Assembly: GCA_965232515.1 (NCBI GenBank)
Contig: CBDDPY010000002.1
Location: 5,600,001-5,664,000, forward strand
Origin: Alphaproteobacteria bacterium
Lineage (GTDB): Bacteria > Pseudomonadota > Alphaproteobacteria > GCA-2731375
DNA length: 64,000 nucleotides
Direction: 5' to 3'
Shown here: positions 11,712 through 24,618 of the stretch, piece after piece
How positions within the stretch are numbered: position 1 is the first letter of the stretch
Layout of the letters: the number at the start of each line of letters is the position of its first letter
Translations under genes and position numbers: made by a program
Notes under the pieces: model-generated
The model's database searches: none
Told to the model about the DNA's origin: nothing
What the model saw: only the letters and a program-made list of their open reading frames with translations

Positions 11712-11785
11712 CCGGATGCTCCGCGCTTGACAAGTCAGGACCACGAAGGCAACGTCCCGCCGCTTTTGGGGTGGACCGTCCGCAT

Positions 11786-12754
11786 ATGATCAGCTTCCTC
11801 GATTTCGAAAAACCCGTTGCCGAGCTGGAAAGCAAGATCCAGGAGCTGCGCCAGTTGAACGGCGAAGGCGAGGACGCCGGCAAAGTCGATATCGAGGAAG
11901 AGGTCGGACGGCTGCAGGCGAAAGCCGACTCGCTGCTGATCGACACCTACGCCAAGCTGACGCCCTGGCAGAAGACGCTGGTGGCGCGGCACCCGGCGCG
12001 TCCCCACTTCAACGACTATGCCGCCGGCCTGCTGACGGATTTCATGCCGTTGTCGGGCGACCGGTCGTTCGCCGAGGACAAGGCCGTGCTTGGCGGCCTC
12101 GGACGGCTCGACGGCCGTGCCGTCGTCGTCATCGGGCATGAGAAGGGCAGCGATACCCAGTCGCGCGTGGTGCACAATTTCGGCATGGCCCGGCCGGAAG
12201 GCTATCGCAAGGCGGTCCGGCTGATGCGGCTCGCCGATCGTTTCGGGCTGCCGATCATTACCTTCGTCGACACGCCAGGCGCCTATCCCGGCGTCGGCGC
12301 CGAGGAGCGTGGCCAGGCCGAGGCGATCGCGCGCTCAACCGAAACCTGCCTGCAGATGGGCGTACCGCTGATCGCCTGTATCGTCGGCGAGGGCGGTTCG
12401 GGTGGCGCCGTGGCGCTGGCGGCCGGCAACCGCGTTCTGATGCTGGAGCATGCGATCTATTCGGTGATCTCGCCGGAAGGCTGCGCCTCGATCCTGTGGC
12501 GCTCGTCGGACCGGGCGCAGGACGCCGCAGATGCCCTCAAGCTGACGGCGCAGGATCTGCAGAAGCTCGGCGTTATCGACACCATCGTGTCGGAGCCGGT
12601 CGGCGGCGCGCATCGCAAGCCCGCCGAGACGATCGCGGCGCTCGGCGAGGCCGTGTCGCAGGCGATCGCCGAGTTCGACGGCATGTCGGCCGTCGAGATG
12701 CGCCAGCATCGCCGCGAGAAGTTCCTGGAAATCGGCCGTTCCGGCCTAAGCTGA
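11786..12754 (+). CDS. accA: Acetyl-CoA carboxylase carboxyltransferase alpha subunit
   Basis: FLDFEKP start, [36 protein letters not shown]. Confidence 0.97.
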   Translation: MISFLDFEKPVAELESKIQELRQLNGEGEDAGKVDIEEEVGRLQAKADSLLIDTYAKLTPWQKTLVARHPARPHFNDYAAGLLTDFMPLSGDRSFAEDKAVLGGLGRLDGRAVVVIGHEKGSDTQSRVVHNFGMARPEGYRKAVRLMRLADRFGLPIITFVDTPGAYPGVGAEERGQAEAIARSTETCLQMGVPLIACIVGEGGSGGAVALAAGNRVLMLEHAIYSVISPEGCASILWRSSDRAQDAADALKLTAQDLQKLGVIDTIVSEPVGGAHRKPAETIAALGEAVSQAIAEFDGMSAVEMRQHRREKFLEIGRSGLS

Positions 12755-12768
12755 GCAGCGCCGCCAGT

Positions 12769-12871
12769 GCTGTCCCTGGATGCCCGGGTTAAGCCCGGGC
12801 ATGACGTTAAGGCGTTGAAATTGGGACAGATTCGTCATTGCCGGGCTTGACCCGGCAATCCAGGTAACAGC
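12769..12871. repeat. Inverted pair of REP-like palindromes between convergent accA and secA
   Basis: TGGATGCCCGGGTTAAGCCCGGGCATGACG (12777-12806) and CGTCATTGCCGGGCTTGACCCGGCAATCCA (12833-12862) in opposite orientation, each self-complementary. Confidence 0.75.
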
Positions 12872-12921
12872 CCTAGCGACGGGTGTAGGGTCGGATCTGT
12901 TCGACAGATCGCCCGGCAGTG

Positions 12922-15669
<2,748 letters not shown>

Positions 15670-15923
15670 GTAAGAATGAACCTCTGGTAACGCCGGCGGC
15701 GTTCGACCGCGGACATGCGAAATAAGGCCTGGAATCCGGATTGCAGGCGACTTGACACATAAGCGGCGGTGGCGGGTCTGTCAACGAATGCCGGGGGGCT
15801 GGCGGGTTGCAGGCGCGGGTTAACCGCGACCATCCATGGGTTTCCCTTGTGTTCCCGCAACCTTTGCCGGAATATGCCCGGCTAGCCCGACGGGCTTATC
15901 CATTGATAAGGAGTCTCCCTGCT

Positions 15924-16835
15924 ATGCCATTTCCGAGGCCCCAGACGCTTTGCGTCGCGGGAATGCTCGCTCTTGCCTGCGGCGCGTCGGCGCCGGCGCT
16001 GGCGCAATCAACGGCACCGGCGCAACCGGCCGCAGATGCCGACAGCCGGGAGGCCGAACCTGTCGTGGCCACGGTCAACGGCACGAAGATCTACTACGGC
16101 GACGTCCTGCGCGCACGGCAAAGCCTCCCGGCGGAGTATCAGAGCGTGCCGATGGAGATGATCTTCGGGGCTCTGCTTAACCAGCTGGTCGATCAACGTC
16201 TGGTGGCGCTGGCGGCGCGCGAGGCCAAGATCGACGAGGATCCGATTGTGCAGGAGCAGCTGCGTGCGCTCGAAGAGCAGGTGCTGCAGCAGGGCTATCT
16301 GCGCAAGCAGATCGAACCCGAGCTGACGGTCGAGAAACTGCAGGCCCGCTACGACGCGCAGTACAAGGGCCAAACCGGCGCCGAGGAAGTGCGCGCCCGT
16401 CATATCCTGCTGGAGACCGAGGAGAAGGCGCGCGAGGTGCTGGCGGACATCCGCGGCGGCGCCGATTTCGCCGAGGCCGCCAAGACACATTCGACCGGAC
16501 CGTCGGGGCCCCGCGGCGGCGACCTGGGCTTCTTCCAGGCCGGCCAGATGGTGCCCGAATTCAGCGAGGCCGCGTTCGCCATGCAGGCGGGCGAGGTGTC
16601 CGACCCGGTGCAGACCCAGTTCGGCTGGCACATCATCAAGGTCGAGGAACGCCGCGCGGCGCCGGCGCCGGCCTTCGAGGAAGTGGCCGATGAGTTGCGC
16701 ACCGAAGTGCAGCGCGAGGTGGTCGCCAAGGTGGTGAGCGACCTGCGCGAGGGCGCTGAAATCGAGACCTTCACGCCGGAAGGCAATCCGGTCATTCAGC
16801 CGTCCGGCGCGCAACCGCCGTCCGGCCAGCAATAG
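15924..16835 (+). CDS. Periplasmic parvulin-type peptidyl-prolyl isomerase (PrsA/PpiC family)
   Basis: Signal peptide; ARHILL, GGDLGFF, MVPEF, VQTQFGWHIIKV. Confidence 0.9.
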   Translation: MPFPRPQTLCVAGMLALACGASAPALAQSTAPAQPAADADSREAEPVVATVNGTKIYYGDVLRARQSLPAEYQSVPMEMIFGALLNQLVDQRLVALAAREAKIDEDPIVQEQLRALEEQVLQQGYLRKQIEPELTVEKLQARYDAQYKGQTGAEEVRARHILLETEEKAREVLADIRGGADFAEAAKTHSTGPSGPRGGDLGFFQAGQMVPEFSEAAFAMQAGEVSDPVQTQFGWHIIKVEERRAAPAPAFEEVADELRTEVQREVVAKVVSDLREGAEIETFTPEGNPVIQPSGAQPPSGQQ

Positions 16836-16916
16836 GCGCACAGCGGCCCGCTTGTCGGCGGGCCAACGGGTTAGGTACCATCCGGCGCGTTCGCAGCCGG
16901 GGGAATTCGATCGTCC

Positions 16917-18155
16917 ATGCCGAAACTCAAAAAATCACCGCTGGCGCCCAAGCGGTTCCCGAAACTGCCCGATGTCGCCGGTGTCGAGCTGGCCGCCGTC
17001 GCCGCGGGCGAACGCTATCGCGGCCGCGATGACGTGATGCTGGCCCGGCTGCCGGCGGGCACGACGGCAGCGGGCGTGTTCACGCAAAGCAGTTTTCCGG
17101 GCGCGCCGGTCGACTGGTGCCGGCGGCAGATCGGTCGCGGCCGGGCGCGGGCGCTGCTGGTCAACGCCGGCAACGCCAACGTGTTTACCGGCCGGTCGGG
17201 CGCGGAGGCGGTGTCTGACGGGACCGCGGCGGTCGCCGATCTCGTCGGCTGCCAGGCACGGGACGTGTTCGTGGCGTCGACCGGCGTGATCGGCGAGAAG
17301 CTGGCGTTTCAGCGGATCCGCAAGGCGATCGGTCGGGCCGGCAAGCAGCTCGGCCGGTCGGACTGGCAGGCGGCGGCGCGGGCGATCATGACGACCGATA
17401 CCTATCCCAAGGGCAGCGGCCGCACCGCGCGCATCGGCGATACCGAGGTGGCCATTGCCGGCATCGCCAAGGGCAGCGGCATGATCGCGCCCGATATGGC
17501 GACGATGCTGGCGTTCGTCTTCACCGATGCGAAGATCCCGGCCGATGTGCTGCAGACACTGCTGGCCGACATCAACCGGCGCAGCTTCAATGCGATCACC
17601 GTCGACAGCGACACCTCGACCAGCGACACCGTGCTGCTGTTCGCCACCGGTCAGGCCGGCCGCCACCCGGCCGTCCGCGGCCCGCGCGACCGGCAGCTCG
17701 CCGATTTCCGGGCCAGGCTGGAGGAGGTAATGGCCGATCTGGCGCGGCAGATCGTGCGCGACGGCGAGGGCGCCGGTAAGTTCATCGAAATCCGCGTGTC
17801 CGGCGCCGCCTCGGCCAAGGCCGCGCGGGCCATCGGCAAATCGATCGCCAACTCGCCGCTGGTGAAGACCGCGATCGCCGGCGAAGACGCCAACTGGGGC
17901 CGTATCGTCATGGCCATCGGCAAATCAGGCCAGCGCGCCGACCGGGACCGGCTCGCCATCCGCATCGGCGGTGTGCAGGTGGCCGAAAACGGGTATGTCA
18001 GTTCCGGTTACCGCGAGAAGGACGTGGTGCCGCATATGCGGGGCCAGGAGATCGAGATCGACGTCGATGTCGGGGTCGGCAACGGCAAGGCGACGATCTG
18101 GACCTGCGACCTGACGCACGGCTATATCGACATCAACGCGGATTACCGCTCCTGA
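16917..18155 (+). CDS. argJ: Bifunctional ornithine acetyltransferase/N-acetylglutamate synthase
   Basis: NAGNANVFTG, IMTTDT, KGSGMIAPDMATML, DTSTSD, DGEGA, NWGRI. Confidence 0.97.
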   Translation: MPKLKKSPLAPKRFPKLPDVAGVELAAVAAGERYRGRDDVMLARLPAGTTAAGVFTQSSFPGAPVDWCRRQIGRGRARALLVNAGNANVFTGRSGAEAVSDGTAAVADLVGCQARDVFVASTGVIGEKLAFQRIRKAIGRAGKQLGRSDWQAAARAIMTTDTYPKGSGRTARIGDTEVAIAGIAKGSGMIAPDMATMLAFVFTDAKIPADVLQTLLADINRRSFNAITVDSDTSTSDTVLLFATGQAGRHPAVRGPRDRQLADFRARLEEVMADLARQIVRDGEGAGKFIEIRVSGAASAKAARAIGKSIANSPLVKTAIAGEDANWGRIVMAIGKSGQRADRDRLAIRIGGVQVAENGYVSSGYREKDVVPHMRGQEIEIDVDVGVGNGKATIWTCDLTHGYIDINADYRS

Positions 18156-18562
18156 TGACGGCGCCGCCGGTGTTGCTGGTCGCGGCGGCGGCGCTGGTCG
18201 ACGCCGACGGCCGGGTGTTGCTGGCGCAACGGCCGCCCGGCAAGTCCATGGCCGGCCTGTGGGAGTTTCCCGGCGGCAAGGTCGAGCCGGACGAGCTGCC
18301 GGAACAAACGCTGATCCGGGAACTGCGCGAGGAACTCGGCATCGACGTCACGGCGAGCTGCCTGGCGCCTTTTACGTTCGCCTCACATACCTATGACGAT
18401 TTCCACCTGCTGATGCCGCTCTACGTCTGCCGCAAATGGGACGGCATCGTGCAGGGCCGGGAAGGCCAGACATTGAAATGGGTCCGGCCGCGCCAGATGA
18501 ACGACTACCCCATGCCGCCCGCGGACAAGCCGCTGGTGGCCATGCTGCGTGATCTGCTCTAG
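18155..18562 (+). CDS. mutT: 8-oxo-dGTP diphosphatase (NUDIX)
   Basis: WEFPGGKVEPDE...RELREELG Nudix box; coupled to argJ. Confidence 0.88.
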   Translation: MTAPPVLLVAAAALVDADGRVLLAQRPPGKSMAGLWEFPGGKVEPDELPEQTLIRELREELGIDVTASCLAPFTFASHTYDDFHLLMPLYVCRKWDGIVQGREGQTLKWVRPRQMNDYPMPPADKPLVAMLRDLL

Positions 18563-18565
18563 CGG

Positions 18566-18886
18566 TTACTCCGCCAAGCCGAGGGACTTGATGTAGGCGA
18601 CCAGGTGCTCGATGTCGTCGCGCTCGAAATTGAAGGGTGGCATCGGCGGGTGCGGATCGCTGAGGAAGCCGCGGAGCGCGCCCTCTGACTTGCCGGGATC
18701 GCGGGCCAGCGCGGCGAAGGGCGGGCCGGCGTCCGGCGCGACCGTGCCGGCGTTGTCGTCGATCAGGTGACATTCCACGCACCAGCGCTCGGCAATGCGG
18801 CGGCCTTCGGCCGCGTCCTGGGCGGTGGCCGGAAAAGCGACAAAGCTGAACGCGATGGCGCCGAAAAGCAGTCTCGAGATCATCAT
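18566..18886 (-). CDS. Small monoheme c-type cytochrome
   Basis: Signal peptide, CVECH heme-binding motif, HPPMP distal Met. Confidence 0.85.
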   Translation of the reverse strand: MMISRLLFGAIAFSFVAFPATAQDAAEGRRIAERWCVECHLIDDNAGTVAPDAGPPFAALARDPGKSEGALRGFLSDPHPPMPPFNFERDDIEHLVAYIKSLGLAE

Positions 18887-18955
18887 GGTCCCTCTATGTA
18901 CATCGATACGTGAGATTGCATTGACTGGCATCAAGGCGCGTTGCGTCGGCTGCCG

Positions 18956-19876
18956 TCAGTCGGAGGCCCGGTCTGGCGCCGCTTTTTCGCCGGCCGAATG
19001 CTCCGGCACGCCGAGCGCTTCGGCAAGGCGGCTCTTGGCGCTGCCGGGCCGCAGCGGCTGCTGCTGGCTTTCGTGCGGCGTCCAGGCCGTGAGATAGAGG
19101 ATCTGGAAGGTGGCCGGCACGCGATTTTCGCCGTCGGCGAATGCGGAGATATAGGCGTCCGCCATCGCCATCACGGTCTGTCGACGCGAAAAACCTTGCC
19201 GGCGTTGCCGCACGGCGTTGCTTTCGCCCATGCCGCGCAGCTCGCGCATCAGGGTGAACGGCTCGGCATAGCTGGCGACGATGTCGTCGCTGTCGACGAC
19301 TGGCAGCGCGAAGCCGGCCCGCTGCAACAGCCCGCCCGCGTCGCGGATGTCGACGAAGGGCGAGACATGCGGGCTGGCCCCTGATTCAAGCGTTGCCTCG
19401 GCCGTGAGCCAGGCCTGCCGCAGTTCGGGCAGGCTGCCGCCGCCCAGAATGGCCGCCAGGAACAGGCCGTCGGGTTTCAGGGCGCGGTTGATCTGCACCA
19501 ACGCGCCCGGCAGGTCGTTCACCCAGTGCAGCGACAGCACGCTGACGACCAGATCGAAACTGTGCGGTCGGAACGGCAGAAATTCCTCGTCCGCGGCCAG
19601 CCGGAGATCCCGCCCCCGGTGCAGCATGGCCGGCGACAGGTCCGTCTGCACCAGCCGCTCGATGCCGCCGCGGCCGCCCACGACCTCGGCGAACTGCCCG
19701 GTATGGCAGCCGAGATCGAGCGCCGTCGGAAAGTGGCGGGCGACGTCGGCCAGCCGGTCGGCTAGGCGGTCTGCCACCTCCCGAAACAGGAATTCGTGGT
19801 GCTCTAACCCGGCGGCGGCGCGGTCGCGGTGACGGCGCACGGTTCCGCGGTCGAAAACCCGCATCGGCTCGTCCAT
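18956..19876 (-). CDS. SAM-dependent methyltransferase (BioC/NDUFAF5-like)
   Basis: LDLGCHTG, LSLHWVNDLPG, LLQRAGFALPVVD; divergent from comF. Confidence 0.85.
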   Translation of the reverse strand: MDEPMRVFDRGTVRRHRDRAAAGLEHHEFLFREVADRLADRLADVARHFPTALDLGCHTGQFAEVVGGRGGIERLVQTDLSPAMLHRGRDLRLAADEEFLPFRPHSFDLVVSVLSLHWVNDLPGALVQINRALKPDGLFLAAILGGGSLPELRQAWLTAEATLESGASPHVSPFVDIRDAGGLLQRAGFALPVVDSDDIVASYAEPFTLMRELRGMGESNAVRQRRQGFSRRQTVMAMADAYISAFADGENRVPATFQILYLTAWTPHESQQQPLRPGSAKSRLAEALGVPEHSAGEKAAPDRASD

Positions 19877-19944
19877 GGCGGAAGAGATTATCGTGCGCCG
19901 CGCCGATTTCACAGTGCCGCCACGAACTGCGTTAAAGTCGACCC

Positions 19945-20709
19945 ATGATCGATATCTCGCAGGCCACGGGGGGACTGCGGCGCGGCGCTGGCGTCGTGCT
20001 CGACATGCTTCTGCCGCCGCAATGCCTGAATTGCCGGGCGCCCGTGGATCGTCAGGGCGAGCTGTGCGCCGAATGCTGGCAGGCGATCGGCTTTCTGGCC
20101 GAGCCTTGCTGCGAGAGCTGCGGTTATCCCTTCGCCTATGACGAAGGCGTGGATGTCGTGTGTGCCGCCTGCCTGGCGTCGCCGCCGGTTTACGATCGGG
20201 CGCGGGCCGTAATGGCCTACAACGACGCCAGCCGCCATCTGGTGCTGTCGTTCAAGCATGGCGACCGTCTGGAAGGAGCGCCGTCCTATGGCCGCTGGCT
20301 GGAACGCGTCGGGCGGCACCTGCTGGACGAGGCCGATCTGATCGCGCCGGTGCCGCTGCATCGCTGGCGGCTCTTGAAGCGGCGCTACAACCAGGCCGCG
20401 CTGATGGCTCAGGCGCTGGCGCGCCGGAGCGGTTTGCCTGCCGTCAACGACCTGCTGCGACGGACCCGACCAACGCCGAGCCAGGGCGGGCGCAGTCCGG
20501 CCCAGCGGCGAGCCAACGTCCGCGGCGCTTTCGAGGTGCGTCGGGGCTATCGGGCGCGGCTTGCCGGCCGGCGGGTGCTGCTGATCGACGATGTCATGAC
20601 GACGGGTGCCACCGTGAACGCGATCGCAACTGTGCTGCGGCGGCATGGCGTCCGTGGTGTCGATGTGCTGACGCTGGCACGGGTTGTGCGGCCGCGGACA
20701 ACGGCCTAA
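19945..20709 (+). CDS. comF: ComF family protein (double Zn ribbon plus phosphoribosyltransferase)
   Basis: Four CxxC pairs, PVPLH, RRYNQA, LIDDVMTTGAT. Confidence 0.9.
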   Translation: MIDISQATGGLRRGAGVVLDMLLPPQCLNCRAPVDRQGELCAECWQAIGFLAEPCCESCGYPFAYDEGVDVVCAACLASPPVYDRARAVMAYNDASRHLVLSFKHGDRLEGAPSYGRWLERVGRHLLDEADLIAPVPLHRWRLLKRRYNQAALMAQALARRSGLPAVNDLLRRTRPTPSQGGRSPAQRRANVRGAFEVRRGYRARLAGRRVLLIDDVMTTGATVNAIATVLRRHGVRGVDVLTLARVVRPRTTA

Positions 20710-20763
20710 TTATAGACCGACATGTTCAAAATATTCCGACGCCGCACCGCAGAGACCGAGCCG

Positions 20764-21024
20764 ATGTCTAATGTCGTTATGTACACCACCATGTTCTGCC
20801 CGTTCTGTTATCGGGCCAAGAAGCTGTTGAACAAGAAGGGCGTCGCGTTTACCGAAATCGACATCGGCGCCGTGCCGGGGGCGCGGGACGAGATGCTGCA
20901 GCGCGCCGGCGGCCGGCACACGGTGCCGCAGATCTTCATCGGCGAGACCCATGTCGGCGGCTGCGACGATCTGTTCGCGTTGGAACAGGACAATCGGCTC
21001 GACCCGCTGCTGCAGGCGAGCTGA
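20764..21024 (+). CDS. grxC: Glutaredoxin 3
   Basis: CPFC active site, TVPQIFI, GGCDDL. Confidence 0.92.
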   Translation: MSNVVMYTTMFCPFCYRAKKLLNKKGVAFTEIDIGAVPGARDEMLQRAGGRHTVPQIFIGETHVGGCDDLFALEQDNRLDPLLQAS

Positions 21025-21046
21025 CGACCGGGGAAGGAGGCGGAGG

Positions 21047-21901
21047 ATGGCGACGTTTCGGGCGGCCTGTGTACAGGTCAATGCCGGCAACGACATGGAC
21101 GCCAATCTGACGGCGGCGGGCGATCTGATCCGCCGGGCCGCCGACGCCGGCGCCGATTTCATCACCACGCCCGAAGTGGTGGCGATGATGGAGACCGGCC
21201 GCGACAACATCCGCGCCAAGGCCGCCGACGAGCCGAACCACCCGGCGCTGGCCGCGTTCCGGTCGCTCGCGGCGGAAACCGGCAGGTGGCTGCTCGTCGG
21301 CTCGCTGACGATCAAGGAAGACGACGGGCCGCTCTACAACCGCTCGTTCCTGCTCGATCCCGAGGGCCGGATCGTGGCGCGCTATGACAAGATCCACATG
21401 TTCGACGTCAATCTGCCGAATGGCGTCAGCATCCGGGAATCGAACGCCTACCGGTCGGGCGGCGCGGCCGTGCTGGCGGACCTGACCTGGGCCCGGCTCG
21501 GTATGACGATCTGCTACGACCTGCGGTTCCCGTATCTTTATCGCGATCTGGCGCATGCCGGCGCGCAAATCCTGACCATTCCCTCGGCCTTCATGCAGGT
21601 CACCGGCGAGGCGCATTGGCATGTGCTGCTTCGCGCCCGGGCCATCGAAACCGGCTGTTTCGTGATCGCGGCGGCCCAGTGCGGCAGACATCCCGGCAAC
21701 CGGCAGACCTATGGGCATTCGCTGATCATCGCGCCCTGGGGCGAGATCGTCGCCGAAGCCGGCACCGAGCCCGGCGTCGTCACCGCCGACATCGATCTGG
21801 CGCTGGTGGAGCAGGCCCGCGGCCGCATACCGGCGCTCGAGCATGACCGAGACTACAGCGCGCCGACGGTCGTCAATTTGGTGGCCGACGCCGCCGAATA
21901 G
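21047..21901 (+). CDS. Carbon-nitrogen hydrolase family protein (Nit1-like)
   Basis: TPE, YDKIHMFDV, ICYDLRFP catalytic E-K-C motifs. Confidence 0.92.
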   Translation: MATFRAACVQVNAGNDMDANLTAAGDLIRRAADAGADFITTPEVVAMMETGRDNIRAKAADEPNHPALAAFRSLAAETGRWLLVGSLTIKEDDGPLYNRSFLLDPEGRIVARYDKIHMFDVNLPNGVSIRESNAYRSGGAAVLADLTWARLGMTICYDLRFPYLYRDLAHAGAQILTIPSAFMQVTGEAHWHVLLRARAIETGCFVIAAAQCGRHPGNRQTYGHSLIIAPWGEIVAEAGTEPGVVTADIDLALVEQARGRIPALEHDRDYSAPTVVNLVADAAE

Positions 21902-21912
21902 CCGCCTGACGT

Positions 21913-22470
21913 CTATTCGGGCTCCAGCGTCACCAGGTCGTCGGCCTTGGTGGCGCAAAGCCGTTGCCGTGCCGCGGGCCGAGGCGTCTGCACCAGACCC
22001 TGCTCGAAAGCGACGATCTGCAGCACGTCCTCGAAAGCTTCGAGCAATTCATTCGGGCGCAGCAGGAAATCCGGGTTTTTCGGCCGGCCGAAGGCGGCGT
22101 TGCCCTCGGCGAAGGTCTCGTAGATCAGTACGCCGCCCGGCGCCAGGCAAGCGGCCAGCAGCGGCAGTATCGGCCGGTAGAGATAGTCGGTGACGACGAT
22201 GCCGCCAAAGCTGCGGCCGGCGAACGGCCATGGGCCGCCATCCTCCAGGTCGGCCTCGACGATCTCGAGCCTGGTTCGGTCGGTCAGATCGTCGAGGCCG
22301 GAGATGTCGATATCGACCGCCGTCACCGGAAAGCCCAGATCCAGAAACAGCTGGCTATGCCGGCCCGCGCCGGCGGCGACGTCCAGCACCGGCAGGTCCG
22401 TCGGCGCAAGCGCCGCGAAGCGCGTGACCCAGGCCGAGGGCGGCCGGAGGGCATGTTCGGCGTCGGTCAC
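21913..22470 (-). CDS. Class I SAM-dependent methyltransferase (TehB-like)
   Basis: PSAWV, VLDVAAGAGRH, DYLYRP, LIYETF, FLLRPNELL; GTG start at 22470. Confidence 0.8.
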   Translation of the reverse strand: MTDAEHALRPPSAWVTRFAALAPTDLPVLDVAAGAGRHSQLFLDLGFPVTAVDIDISGLDDLTDRTRLEIVEADLEDGGPWPFAGRSFGGIVVTDYLYRPILPLLAACLAPGGVLIYETFAEGNAAFGRPKNPDFLLRPNELLEAFEDVLQIVAFEQGLVQTPRPAARQRLCATKADDLVTLEPE

Positions 22471-22588
22471 GAAGGCTCTCCCGCGAACTTGTCGAATGGG
22501 TTCAACGGTGCCATTTAAGAAGGTTATGTGATACTCCGGTAGGGGTGATCGACCGGAAATCGGCGGATTCGGAACTGAACAGGCACCG

Positions 22589-23011
22589 TTGATGATCGTA
22601 TTCGACCTTCGCTGCGACCAGGAACACGTCTTCGAGGCGTGGTTTCCCGACAGCAAGACCTTTGAGCGGCAGGCGAAGAAGGGTCAGGTCACCTGTCCGG
22701 TTTGCGGCGACACGAAGGTCGAAAAGGCCCTGATGGCGCCGAACATCTCGACGGGCCGCAAGAAGGACGCCGAAAAAGAGAAGGCCCAGGCCGCCAAGGT
22801 CATGCAGGCGCTGTCGGAAGTCCGCCGACAGGTCGAGGAAAACTGCGATTACGTCGGTCCCCAGTTCGCCGAGGAAGCCCGCAAGATCCACTACGGTGAG
22901 ACCGACGAGCGCGGCATCTACGGCGAGGCCACGAAGGAAGAATCGAAAGAACTCGCCGACGAAGGCATCGAGGTCGGCGTCATCCCCTGGGTTCCCCGCG
23001 CCGACAACTAG
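22589..23011 (+). CDS. DUF1178 family protein
   Basis: MIVFDLRC..H.FEAWF, CPVCG, KALMAP, FAEEARKIHYGE. Confidence 0.88.
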   Translation: MMIVFDLRCDQEHVFEAWFPDSKTFERQAKKGQVTCPVCGDTKVEKALMAPNISTGRKKDAEKEKAQAAKVMQALSEVRRQVEENCDYVGPQFAEEARKIHYGETDERGIYGEATKEESKELADEGIEVGVIPWVPRADN

Positions 23012-23055
23012 CGTTCACCGTCGTTTAAAGTCCAAGCATGTGCGTGGCTATCTGG

Positions 23056-23084
23056 TTGACTAAGTCATATGACTTAGTTTAATC
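23056..23084 (+). promoter_or_regulatory. Putative TA-operon promoter with a 20-bp palindromic operator
   Basis: TTGACT at 23056 and a TTTAAT-like -10 near 23078; perfect palindrome ACTAAGTCATATGACTTAGT at 23059-23078. Confidence 0.7.
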
Positions 23085-23110
23085 TCTGGACAATCGCAGA
23101 GGCATTATCC

Positions 23111-23338
23111 ATGACGGTTGTCGTAAACGTCCACGAAGCAAAAACCCATCTCTCCCGCCTCTTGCAGCAAGTGGCGGCCGGAGAGGATGTCGTCATTGCC
23201 AAGTCAGGCAAGCCCATTGCCCGGCTTGTACCGGCCGAAGAGCGGGCGCCGCGAGAACCCGGTCAATGGAAGGGCAAGGTCACCGATGCCTTTTTCGACC
23301 CGTTGCCGTCCGAAGAGCTCGACGCTTGGCAGCAGTGA
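23111..23338 (+). CDS. Phd/YefM family antitoxin (VapB-type)
   Basis: VNVHEAKTHLSRLL...GEDVVIAKSGKPIARLVP; C-terminal FFDPLP. Confidence 0.9.
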   Translation: MTVVVNVHEAKTHLSRLLQQVAAGEDVVIAKSGKPIARLVPAEERAPREPGQWKGKVTDAFFDPLPSEELDAWQQ

Positions 23339-23721
23339 GGTTCCTGCTCGATACCCATACGCTGCTCTGGTGGTTCTCAAACGACCCCGCTCTTTCGGAC
23401 ACCGTGCGAGCAGCCATCGCCATGCCAGAGAACGAGCCCATTGTCAGCAGTGTGTGCGCTTGGGAAATTGCCACTAAGCATCGCATCGGAAAGTTGCCGG
23501 ATGCCGAGAACCTACTGACAGATTTCGGTGCCTTGGTTAGGCAAGCACGGTTTTCGACGCTGCCAATCTCGGTCGACCACGCCCTTTCTGCCGGAGCGCT
23601 TCCGTGGTCGCACCGGGACCCGTTCGACCGAATGCTGGTGGCGCAAGCGCAAATCGAAGATCTACCGATTGCCACGACGGACGCCGCCATATCCGGCTAC
23701 GGCATTACCTGTATTTGGTAA
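23335..23721 (+). CDS. vapC: VapC family PIN-domain toxin
   Basis: GTG overlaps the antitoxin TGA; FLLDTHTLLW, WEIATK, HRDPFDRMLVAQA. Confidence 0.9.
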   Translation: MRFLLDTHTLLWWFSNDPALSDTVRAAIAMPENEPIVSSVCAWEIATKHRIGKLPDAENLLTDFGALVRQARFSTLPISVDHALSAGALPWSHRDPFDRMLVAQAQIEDLPIATTDAAISGYGITCIW

Positions 23722-23727
23722 GCCGGC

Positions 23728-24489
23728 TTATGCCGCCACTCTCCGGCCGTAGGCGAGGTAGTTGACGTCGCGGTCGGACGACAGGCGCCAGTCGCGGTTG
23801 CGCATATCGAGGCTCATGCCGGTGACATCTTCGAGCGTGATGCCGGCATGGCGCGATCTGCGCACCAGTTCGGCGGGCTTGACGAACTTGCGCCAGTCGT
23901 GCGTGCCGCGCGGCAGCCAGCGCAGCACGTATTCTGCGCCGACGATCGCCAGCGCCCAGGCCTTGGGCGTCCGATTGAGCGTCGACAGCAACACGGCGCC
24001 GTCGGGTTTCGTCAACTGTGCCAGCGCCGCGAGGAAGACGCCGAGATCGGCGACATGTTCGACCACCTCCATGCTGACCACCGCGTCGAACCGGGCGCCC
24101 TCGGCGGCGAGCGCTTCCGCCGTCGTGCAGCGGTAGTCGATCGCCAACCCGGTCTCCTTGGCATGTGCTTGGGCGACGCCGATATTCTCTTGCGCGGCAT
24201 CGATCCCGACGACATCCGCGCCGAGCCGCGCGAGCGGTTCGCTCAGCAGCCCGCCGCCGCAACCGACATCGACGATCGCAAGGCCCGTGAGTGGCTTGAG
24301 TGACGCCGGGTCGCGGTCGAATTGATTGCACAGTTTGTCGCGAATGTAGGCCAGGCGCACCGGGTTCAACCGGTGCAACGGCCGCATCGGGCCGTCGGCG
24401 TCCCACCAGGTCTCGGCCAGGGCCGAAAACCTGTCGATCTCAGCCGGGTCGACGCTGGCGTCTTGCGCGTGCGCGGCGGCGTGCGGCAT
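23728..24489 (-). CDS. ubiG: Ubiquinone biosynthesis O-methyltransferase
   Basis: WWDADGPMRPLHRLNPVR, DVGCGGGLLSEPLAR, MEVVEHV, LPRGTHDW. Confidence 0.95.
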   Translation of the reverse strand: MPHAAAHAQDASVDPAEIDRFSALAETWWDADGPMRPLHRLNPVRLAYIRDKLCNQFDRDPASLKPLTGLAIVDVGCGGGLLSEPLARLGADVVGIDAAQENIGVAQAHAKETGLAIDYRCTTAEALAAEGARFDAVVSMEVVEHVADLGVFLAALAQLTKPDGAVLLSTLNRTPKAWALAIVGAEYVLRWLPRGTHDWRKFVKPAELVRRSRHAGITLEDVTGMSLDMRNRDWRLSSDRDVNYLAYGRRVAA

Positions 24490-24618
24490 GCCAGTTCTCC
24501 GCTTGTCTCGGGCTGTATGTCAGAGTATGTATACGCCGCCTTGCGAGGACAAGGCGTTCAGCAGCATCGCTTGGCGGATTGTTGGGTCGGTATCGTCGCC
24601 GACGCCGGAGGAACCTGT

